Shown: piece after piece, positions 20,295 through 27,706 of the stretch | Numbering within the stretch: position 1 is the first letter of the stretch | How the letters are laid out: every line of letters starts with the position of its first letter | Source: Chthoniobacteraceae bacterium | Lineage (GTDB): Bacteria; Verrucomicrobiota; Verrucomicrobiia; Chthoniobacterales; Chthoniobacteraceae | Reading direction: 5' to 3' | Assembly: GCA_947476255.1 (NCBI GenBank) | Contig: CANJPY010000003.1 | Span: 37,551-101,550, forward strand | Length of the DNA stretch: 64,000 bases | Notes under the pieces: generated by a model | What the model saw: only the letters and a program-made list of their open reading frames with translations | Database searches by the model: none | What the model was told of the DNA's origin: nothing | Made by a program: the position numbers and the translations under genes

Positions 20295-23200
20295 TTAATC
20301 AAGGTAGATAAGTTCGTTCGTATTCAGCATCGCGCGGCAAAAAGCCCCAAGCCCATGGATGTTGATGAGCGCTGTTGCCGCTTCATGTTCTTTCGCTGTG
20401 GGAGGCCGCTGAAAGGTCAGTCGAAAAATCTGACTCACTGCATTTTCACTCTTTGCAACGCGGCTTCCGAGGGCGTTGGCCATATCGAGCGTGAAACCGT
20501 GATTGAGCAGTGTCAGCGCTTGCAGTGGGGTAGTTGTGTTTGCACGTTTCGGGGCAGCGAAAGCAATGTCCGGCAGGTCGAAGTCGGTGAGGACGTCGAC
20601 AACACTAGCGCGTGCGTTTTGATGATAGACGGCGCGGCGGTAGGTCTCGGGACCGTGCGTCTCTAGCGGGAAATAGGTGCTGACATTGTTTTGCGTGAAT
20701 TTGTAGAGACGGAAACCGGAGCCTCCCATGGGTTCCAGTTGGAGTTTGCCAGCCACGGCTAGCATGGTGTCGCGAATTTCCTCGGCGCTCAGTCGTCTTG
20801 GTGGAAAACGCCAAAGCAGGCGTGCACTTTTGTCCTCCTTAGCCGCTTCATCGCGATAGGATGCGCTTTGTTGGTAGGTCTGAGAAAGGAGGATTTCACG
20901 GTGAAGCGGTTTAAGTTTCCAACCGTGTACAAGGAGCCTGGTGGCGAGGTAGTCGAGCAACTCGGGATGTGTGGGTTTGCTCCCAAGAAATCCAAAGTCG
21001 CTTGGGGTATCAACAATGCCGGTTCCAAAGTGATGCTGCCAAACGCGGTTGGCCAGCACGCGTGGAGGGAGAGGATTGTCATTGCTGGTAATCCATTGAG
21101 CGAGCGCCACACGGCGCTGTCCTTCATCGGCATCGGCTTTTAAAGCGTAAGGCTTGGCCACTTGATCCAGCACGTTAAGGCTGGCGGGCACTACGGCCTC
21201 ACTGGGTTTCATGGGGTCTCCTCCTTTCTGGACAAAGGTAGGCTCCTTGGGTTGTGTGTGCATTCCGACCCACATCTGCGGAAGCGCAGGTACAGCATTG
21301 AGCTTTGTTTGAACCTGCGCGATTTGCTTTTGAAACGCTCCTAGCTTTTGCTGTTCCTCATCCGTTGTGCTATTGCGGCGGAAGCGTTCTATGCCGTGCG
21401 CTTGCGTCCACGGCTCGCGGCCTTCATCGCTGGCGACAGTGCGCCAAGATTGGCCGTCCATAGATACTTGAATCTCGTACTCACATGGCGTTGCGCCCCG
21501 CACTTTGCCTTCTTCGATGGTTCGATCACCGCGGGCATTAATAAATGTGATCCGATTGATCGTCTCTACTTTTGCAAACGAGAGTGTCAGAACGGCTGGG
21601 GTGCCGATAAACCATGCCTCTCCAAGCATGCCGTCGATGCAGTATTGCGGACCGTAAGCATCAGGAAAGTCCTCAGCCTTCGAAGATTTAGCACCCTCTG
21701 CGTTTGTGCCGTTGCTTGCCAGCGCCACATTGCGAGTCGGTTCGCTCGAGCTCCAGACTTGAAATTCCGTGAGTTTTCCTCCCCCCCCTCGCTTCAACTT
21801 GGCGCCTGGTTGATAATCACCCGTAAGACCGTGAATCACAAATCTGAGGTGCTTTGCTTCGGTGGCTGTAAAAGATTCGTCGGTGCCGTTCGGATCAATC
21901 TTAGGGCGCGTAAATTTCGTGGCTTCAAAGGTGTCTTTGGCGCGTTTTTCAATCGTCTGCTCAAGTTTGCTGCGTTGCGCTTCGAGTTCTTTTAATTCGG
22001 TAGTCAGCGGTGTGGTTGTTGTGGAAAAAGCCTGCAATTGCATTGGGTCAGCGACGATCCGCCGCCCGTGCACGGTACCTTCAAATGCAGCACGCAGACG
22101 GTAGTAGTCCTCGGTGGGAATAGGGTCGAATTTGTGGTTGTGGCAGCGGGCGCAGTTGATGGTGAGTCCCAGAAATGCACCGCTTGTGGCAGTGATCATG
22201 TCATCGAGTGTGGCTGCGCGGATGTTCTTCTGTGCCACGATGTCTTGATTTCCGACGTCGTCGTAGGGACCTGCCACGAGAAAGGCGCTGCCTACCTCAA
22301 TCTGAGGATTATCTTTCCCGACGACATCACCCGCCAGATGTTCGGTGATAAACTGGTTGAAGGGCTTGTCCGCGTTGATGGATTTGATGACGTAATCGCG
22401 GAACGGCCAGAGATCATCAATGATGAAGTTGCGCTCAAAGCCGTTACTTTCTCCGAAGCGGACCACGTCGAGCCAGTGCCGCCCCCAACGTTCGCCGTAA
22501 CGAGGCGAAGCAAGCAGGCGATCCACGAGTGTTTCGACGGCAGCGCGCGGATTTGTCTGGTGCGCTATTGAAAACGTTTCCACTTCCTCGGCTGTTGGAG
22601 GTAACCCGGTGAGGTCGTATGTCATTCTCCGAATTAGCGAGCGGGGCTCAGAGGGTTGGTTGAGACGGAGTCCTTTCTCAGTCAGTTTGGCGGTGATAAA
22701 GCCGTCGATAGAATCTTGCGAGAATGTTTTCGGTAATGGTTGCAGCGACCACCAAGACTTGTCGCCGCGTTTTGCCTCGATTTTCGCGCCGTCTCGAGGA
22801 TCTGGCGCTCCCATCCTGACCCATGTGAGGAGATCCGCGAGCTGTGGGTCCGAAAGTTTGGGTTTTTTCGGCGGCATTTTGAGGTCCTCCTCGAGATGCT
22901 GGACTGTACGGATCAGCAGGCTTTCCTCGGGGTTGCCGGGAATGATCGCGGGAGTGCCGCTGTCGCCCCCTTTCTCCCAGCCTGCTTTGGAGTCCAAGTA
23001 GAGGTTACCCTTGAGCTTCTTGGCCTCCGCGCTGTGGCACGAGTAACAATGTTCAACAAGAAGGGGCCGCACCCGCTGTTCAAAGAAGATCATCCCAGCG
23101 GCGTCTGCGGCGTTGGAGCTGGCCGAGAGCAAAGCCAGGACGCCTAAAATTGATGCAAGAAGCTTACAGGTACCATCCTTGGAGGCTGTATTCACAATAC

Positions 23201-23318
23201 TTTCCAGCAGCGGGGAGGCGAACAGAGCGCTCCATTGAATCTGGTTGAAAATCTTTCTCATACGCCGGTTTAACGGAGCCCTATTCACGCGTTTGTCTTT
23301 GGTGGTTGGTGCGTTCAT
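20295..23318 (-). CDS. PSCyt1 / DUF1549 / F5/8 type C (discoidin) / DUF1553 secreted protein
   Basis: The start is an ATG at 23318. Motifs are CYSCH...KGNLYLD, LIRRMTYDLTGLPPT and CARCHNHKFDP. A discoidin-like insert spans about 21430-21860 (YGPQYCIDGMLGEAWF...INRITF...YEIQVSMDGQSWRTV). The DUF1553 tail is ANRVWQHHFGTGIV. Confidence 0.92.
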   Translation of the reverse strand: MNAPTTKDKRVNRAPLNRRMRKIFNQIQWSALFASPLLESIVNTASKDGTCKLLASILGVLALLSASSNAADAAGMIFFEQRVRPLLVEHCYSCHSAEAKKLKGNLYLDSKAGWEKGGDSGTPAIIPGNPEESLLIRTVQHLEEDLKMPPKKPKLSDPQLADLLTWVRMGAPDPRDGAKIEAKRGDKSWWSLQPLPKTFSQDSIDGFITAKLTEKGLRLNQPSEPRSLIRRMTYDLTGLPPTAEEVETFSIAHQTNPRAAVETLVDRLLASPRYGERWGRHWLDVVRFGESNGFERNFIIDDLWPFRDYVIKSINADKPFNQFITEHLAGDVVGKDNPQIEVGSAFLVAGPYDDVGNQDIVAQKNIRAATLDDMITATSGAFLGLTINCARCHNHKFDPIPTEDYYRLRAAFEGTVHGRRIVADPMQLQAFSTTTTPLTTELKELEAQRSKLEQTIEKRAKDTFEATKFTRPKIDPNGTDESFTATEAKHLRFVIHGLTGDYQPGAKLKRGGGGKLTEFQVWSSSEPTRNVALASNGTNAEGAKSSKAEDFPDAYGPQYCIDGMLGEAWFIGTPAVLTLSFAKVETINRITFINARGDRTIEEGKVRGATPCEYEIQVSMDGQSWRTVASDEGREPWTQAHGIERFRRNSTTDEEQQKLGAFQKQIAQVQTKLNAVPALPQMWVGMHTQPKEPTFVQKGGDPMKPSEAVVPASLNVLDQVAKPYALKADADEGQRRVALAQWITSNDNPLPPRVLANRVWQHHFGTGIVDTPSDFGFLGSKPTHPELLDYLATRLLVHGWKLKPLHREILLSQTYQQSASYRDEAAKEDKSARLLWRFPPRRLSAEEIRDTMLAVAGKLQLEPMGGSGFRLYKFTQNNVSTYFPLETHGPETYRRAVYHQNARASVVDVLTDFDLPDIAFAAPKRANTTTPLQALTLLNHGFTLDMANALGSRVAKSENAVSQIFRLTFQRPPTAKEHEAATALINIHGLGAFCRAMLNTNELIYLD

Positions 23319-23333
23319 TGGAGGCGGGAGAAC

Positions 23334-24749
23334 TCAGGCGAGGATGTTTTTGAGAACATGACCGTGAACGTCCGTGAGGCGCCGGTTTGCACCGTTGTGG
23401 TAATGGGTAAGTTTTTCGTGATCGAGCCCTAACAAGTGGAGAACCGTCGCGTAAAAGTCATAGACCGTTGTGACGTCCACGACCGAACGGCGGCCGAACT
23501 CGTCGGTTGCCCCGTGGCTAACCCCTCCCTTGACCCCCGCACCCATCATCCAAGTCGTGAAGGCGTCTGGGTTATGGTCGCGTCCGCTGGTTCCCTCCTG
23601 ATGGGTGGGCATCCGGCCAAATTCGGTGCACCACAGGACAAGCACGTCGTCTAACATGCCGCGTTGCTTCATGTCGGTGAGCAGTGCCGCCGTGGGTTGG
23701 TCAAAAATAGGGCAATGCCGTTCGTAGTCAGCTTTGAGTGTTTTGTGGGCGTCCCAGTTTAGAAGGCCGTCTACGTTGCTCGCGCGTGAGGCGCAATAAA
23801 GGCTTACATAACGCACGCCTTTTTCGAGAAACCGACGTGCGAGCAAACAGTTCTTTGCATAAGCGGCCTTCAGCTTGTTCTCGTCCGTTGTGCCGTAGAG
23901 GCTGTGAATATGAGCAGGTTCGTTTGATAAATTGCTGACCTCTGGAGCGGTGAGTTGCATCTTCGCCGCAAGTTCATACGCGGCCATTCGTGCACGAAGT
24001 TCGTCGTTCCCGGGGTGGATTGCGGCGTGACCCGTATTGAGGACATTGAGAAACTCACGTGTTGCCTGTTCGTCGTCGTCTGTGACGGATATCGGGCGCG
24101 CAAGATTGCGGAGTGGTTGCTGCGCAGCCATTGCTACGGCCTGATGCTGCGCAGGAAGAAATCCATTCCCCCAGTTGGCTTTGCCGTTCGGAGGTTCGCC
24201 GCGGAGATCCTGAATGGAAACATAAGTGGGCATGTTTTCGTTGGCCGTACCCAAGGCATAACTCACCCATGAGCCTGCACTGGGAAAGCCCTCGCGAGTG
24301 AAGCATGAATTCATGTAAATACATCCGGGCCCGTGCGTGTTTGTGCGCGAGGTCATGCTGTGAATGAAGGCCATTTCATCCGCATGCTTGGCAATGTGAG
24401 GGAGCATCGAGGAGATCATCTTTCCGCTTTGTCCGGCGGGCGCAAACGCCCACGGCGATTTCATCAGGTTGCCGTTTTTACCCTGAAACGTGACCTCTTT
24501 TTCTGCCCCTGGCATCGGTGTGCCGTGAAATTTTTCCAACTCCGGTTTGTGGTCCCACAGGTCGATATGCGATGCCGCCCCGGGGCAGAAGATTTGGAGA
24601 ACTTGCTTTGCCCGAGGCGCGAAATGGGGTTGCTGTTGAGTCGCTGCTGCGAGGTCATGAGTACACAGACGCGAGAGTGCAACACCCGTGAGTCCTGTGG
24701 TCATCTGAGCGAGGAGTTGTCGACGGGTAAAATCGAGCGGCGTGGTCAT
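23334..24749 (-). CDS. DUF1501 protein (Tat-exported, sulfatase-like fold)
   Basis: Conserved blocks are CPGAASHIDLWDHKP, TEFGRMP and SGRDHNPD. I place the start at the ATG at 24749, which gives a canonical Tat leader MTTPLDFTRRQLLAQMTTGLTGVALS. The ATG at 24815 and the TTG at 24863 (the track start) are alternatives. The stop is 15 nt upstream of the DUF1553 gene start. Confidence 0.9.
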   Translation of the reverse strand: MTTPLDFTRRQLLAQMTTGLTGVALSRLCTHDLAAATQQQPHFAPRAKQVLQIFCPGAASHIDLWDHKPELEKFHGTPMPGAEKEVTFQGKNGNLMKSPWAFAPAGQSGKMISSMLPHIAKHADEMAFIHSMTSRTNTHGPGCIYMNSCFTREGFPSAGSWVSYALGTANENMPTYVSIQDLRGEPPNGKANWGNGFLPAQHQAVAMAAQQPLRNLARPISVTDDDEQATREFLNVLNTGHAAIHPGNDELRARMAAYELAAKMQLTAPEVSNLSNEPAHIHSLYGTTDENKLKAAYAKNCLLARRFLEKGVRYVSLYCASRASNVDGLLNWDAHKTLKADYERHCPIFDQPTAALLTDMKQRGMLDDVLVLWCTEFGRMPTHQEGTSGRDHNPDAFTTWMMGAGVKGGVSHGATDEFGRRSVVDVTTVYDFYATVLHLLGLDHEKLTHYHNGANRRLTDVHGHVLKNILA

Positions 24750-25214
24750 TGGACAGGTTGGGCGATTAACGGTGGAGGAGATGATTTCGACGGGTAGTGT
24801 GTCGGCGACGTTCATGGGATCGCCTTTGCCTGAGGAAGTACGGTGGCCGTGGATCCTGAACAACAGCCTGATAATATTGGGTTATACCATGGATGCGCGT
24901 GACAGGTCAACGCGGGATTGTATACAATTTCGGGCTTTCCTCGAAATCGTGACCGCAGCGCCACAGCTTTGTTTCACGACGGCGCGGCGATCGACGCGCG
25001 CCCCCATCTCAGGGCGTAGGTTGGTTGAAGTTAGTGCTCAAACCAATCCCAAAAAAATGCAGCAGAGTGCTTTACCAATGGCAGCTGCACGCTGATGATG
25101 AAGTACATTTCGATTTCAAAGAAGTCGGGTGAAGGGGAGCATGGCGCCGCTTTAGGCCGCATTGATCTCGCCAGTTTTTGAAGCCCTGAACCCGGTTGCC
25201 TCGCAAATCCGATG

Positions 25215-25243
25215 CTAAAAAACAGGTCGCAAACAACCTGTTA
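25215..25243 (-). terminator. Candidate intrinsic terminator downstream of the LRR gene
   Basis: The minus strand reads AACAGGT-TGTTTGCG-ACCTGTT followed by TTTTTT, that is, a 7-bp stem plus a U-tract. It lies about 140 nt after the stop at 25382. The stem is short and AT-containing, so this call is tentative. Confidence 0.35.
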
Positions 25244-25381
25244 CTAGATGGTTAAGGTGTTTTTCAGCGGCTGCCAATTAAAGCGGACGGATGGAAAAGC
25301 ATGGCGCGCGGATGGTTATAGTCCACGAATTCCTTCCTCAGGGCGCACGCCAAGTTGCGCTCGGGGCTGCGCATGCTGCGC

Positions 25382-26344
25382 TCAGGGCTTTTGCTGTATC
25401 CTAGGATGTTTCTCCCAAAAACGCTGGAATTGCTCCTTCGTTTTTGTAACGAGAGTCTCGTCGGGCTGGGTCCAAACAATATCGGTTTTGGGGTGATCAG
25501 ATCTGAGCTTGGCGATGTCTGCCTCACTCGCGACGACTTTCGAGAGAACGATTTTCTTCAGTGATTCCAAAGATTTCAAATGCACGAAGCCTGTGTCGTA
25601 GGTCAGCCAGGTTTCGTTGATTTCAATCTCTTCAAGAGACTTGATGCCGCCGAGGGTCACGAGACTGGCATCGGTGATGCGCGGGCTGTACTGAGGGCTT
25701 AGTTTTATGACTCGCAGCTTGGGCAAAACTCCCAGAGCAGATACACCCTCATCCGTAACGGCATAAGTATGCTGGAGATCAATGCTTTGAAGGGATTTAA
25801 TTTGGGCTAACGCCGCCGTGACGCGGTTGTCGACGCGGCATCCTCCGAGGCGTACGTGCTCGAGATTAGTGCAGGAGGCAAGGTGCGCCAGGCCAGGGCC
25901 AAGGGGCTCTTTTTGTGGGAGATGACCGGGCGCGTACCATCCCCAGTGGTCAAGGCCGAATGATTTTAGACTTTTCCATCCGGAGAATGCCTTGAAGCCC
26001 TCGTCGCTTAACTCGGCTCCGTTGGCGAAAAACTTCTCCAGTTGGTCGAGACCCCTTAATTCTCTGGCGGTGTTATCGTCAAGGCGTGCAGTTTCTGGAC
26101 TGATATCTGCGCGCTTAAGTGTATGCATGGAGCCGATCAGCGCATAGTCTTCGAGGGTAATCTGAGCCTTGGCTCCGACTGAGAGTTCGCCGACTGCGCC
26201 ATCTTTTTCGAGCTTGAACCGCACTCCCTTCGCGCTGAGCGTGTCCACTGCGGGGGGATTGGAGGCGAGCGCGAGCGAGCCTATCAATGCCGCGTGCACT
26301 GCCGCGATCGCGCTGGCCTTGGAAATTAAACGAGGTGATTTCAT
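25382..26344 (-). CDS. Secreted leucine-rich-repeat protein (RNI-like / cysteine-containing LRR type)
   Basis: The start is the ATG at 26344, which overlaps the upstream stop as ATGA (26344..26341). It has a signal peptide, MKSPRLISKASAIAAVHAALIGSLALA. Repeats of about 25 aa are present (LEHVRLGGCRVDNRVTAALAQIKSLQSIDLQHT.AVTDEGVSALGVLPKLRVIKL...). The 135-aa N-terminal extension in the track overlaps the upstream gene and is rejected. Confidence 0.85.
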   Translation of the reverse strand: MKSPRLISKASAIAAVHAALIGSLALASNPPAVDTLSAKGVRFKLEKDGAVGELSVGAKAQITLEDYALIGSMHTLKRADISPETARLDDNTARELRGLDQLEKFFANGAELSDEGFKAFSGWKSLKSFGLDHWGWYAPGHLPQKEPLGPGLAHLASCTNLEHVRLGGCRVDNRVTAALAQIKSLQSIDLQHTYAVTDEGVSALGVLPKLRVIKLSPQYSPRITDASLVTLGGIKSLEEIEINETWLTYDTGFVHLKSLESLKKIVLSKVVASEADIAKLRSDHPKTDIVWTQPDETLVTKTKEQFQRFWEKHPRIQQKP

Positions 26345-27690
26345 AACAACTCTTTCACCACACCGCTTGCCAGGCCGCCTTGGAAATCTTCGGGCAACTT
26401 CATTCCAACTCGGTCTACAACCGTTTTCCAAACGTTGGCTACAGGGACGTCCATTTGCACCAGGTGCCCCTGATGTTTGAGTCCGAGAGCGGAGCCTCCG
26501 CAAAGGAGCAGCGGTAGATGTTTTGAATCGTGGGCGTTTGGTCCGCCGTTGGTGGTGGCCCAGGCGGCCATGGTGTGGTCCAGCAGTGTGCCGCTTCCTT
26601 CCTTGACTGCTTTGAGCTTGCCGAGAAAGTAGGCCCATTCGGAGAGGTATAACGCGTCCACTTCCCTCCATTGCGCGATTTTGTCGTCCTCTTGCGCGTT
26701 GTGGGTGAGCGTGTGGAGGTCCCATTTGCTCTTGGTTTGGTATCCGTAGCACTTCGCTTCATCACCCTCGGTACGAGGAATATGACTCACTGCACGAGTG
26801 CTGTCTGTTTCAAAGGCTAGTGCAATCATGTCGAACATCATCCGGGTATATTCCGAGTAGCCGCGTCCGTCGCTGGCGATACGGTCGCGGAGGGAACCTT
26901 GGCCGAAGTCTGGACGCTGGACTCTGGGTTTCGGACGATCAATCCATTCACCCTCGACTTTGATGCGTTCTTCAAGATCGCGGATGGAAGTAAAGTATTG
27001 ATCGAGCCGCTCGCGATCCGCCGTCCCCACTTGGCGCTGGAGAGCCGCTGCTTGTTCCTTGATGGAATCGAGCAGACTCGCGCGGCGAGCCATGGCCTGT
27101 TTGGCTGCTGCAAGTGTGTTGGAATCCTCGCTTCCGAAGAGTTTCTCAAAGAGCACCTCCGGACGGTTTTCAGGAGTGATGGGCGTATGGTTCTTGCTCC
27201 AGGAGAGGGTCATGGGCGATGAGCCCCCGAAGCCTGTCTCGCGCGCGGTGCCGAGAACGAGCGAAGGAAAGCGGGTTTGGCTGCCATGGTGCAGGGCGAT
27301 TTGCTGGTCCACGGACATCAGCGTCTTCGCATTCCGCACGGTGTTGATGCCAGTGAGGAGACAGCAGCAAGACCCGTGGCCTCCGGTGAAGGAAGTGAGT
27401 TCCGTCATCACTGTCATCTCGTCTTTGAATGGAGCAAGCGACTGAAGTGTGGGCGTGAGGGTGTAATTCTTGCCGGTGTCTGGTGGCGTGAAACCCGTGA
27501 TTTCCAAGCCCAGTCCCCAATAGGTGAACATGGCGCGGCGCGGTACTTCATGGGCTGCCATGGAGCCTGCGGTTGTGATGGACTTTGCGTTTTCGCTCAT
27601 CACTTCAAGCCACGGCAAGCCCACGGCAGCGCCAAGGCCTTTGAGAAATGTTCGGCGTGCGATGCGCCACGAGTTGGTCTGGATATTCAT
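26341..27690 (-). CDS. DUF1552 protein (Tat-exported)
   Basis: The start is the ATG at 27690: MNIQTNSWRIARRTFLKGLGAAVGLPWL, a twin-arginine leader. It has an HTLTHN (HxxSHH-like) motif and the C-terminus GVVKELL, as in the paralog at 36352. It lies 16 nt downstream of the DUF1592-type gene. Confidence 0.9.
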   Translation of the reverse strand: MNIQTNSWRIARRTFLKGLGAAVGLPWLEVMSENAKSITTAGSMAAHEVPRRAMFTYWGLGLEITGFTPPDTGKNYTLTPTLQSLAPFKDEMTVMTELTSFTGGHGSCCCLLTGINTVRNAKTLMSVDQQIALHHGSQTRFPSLVLGTARETGFGGSSPMTLSWSKNHTPITPENRPEVLFEKLFGSEDSNTLAAAKQAMARRASLLDSIKEQAAALQRQVGTADRERLDQYFTSIRDLEERIKVEGEWIDRPKPRVQRPDFGQGSLRDRIASDGRGYSEYTRMMFDMIALAFETDSTRAVSHIPRTEGDEAKCYGYQTKSKWDLHTLTHNAQEDDKIAQWREVDALYLSEWAYFLGKLKAVKEGSGTLLDHTMAAWATTNGGPNAHDSKHLPLLLCGGSALGLKHQGHLVQMDVPVANVWKTVVDRVGMKLPEDFQGGLASGVVKELL

Positions 27691-27706
27691 GTGGGTGAGG
27701 GGGGGA

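Noticed and set aside
26345-26752. N-terminal extension of the LRR ORF (track 25382..26752), and the extension of the DUF1552 ORF up to 28122
   Set aside because: The extensions are Arg/Pro-rich, overlap the upstream genes out of frame, and precede clean signal or Tat leaders at internal ATGs (26344 and 27690).
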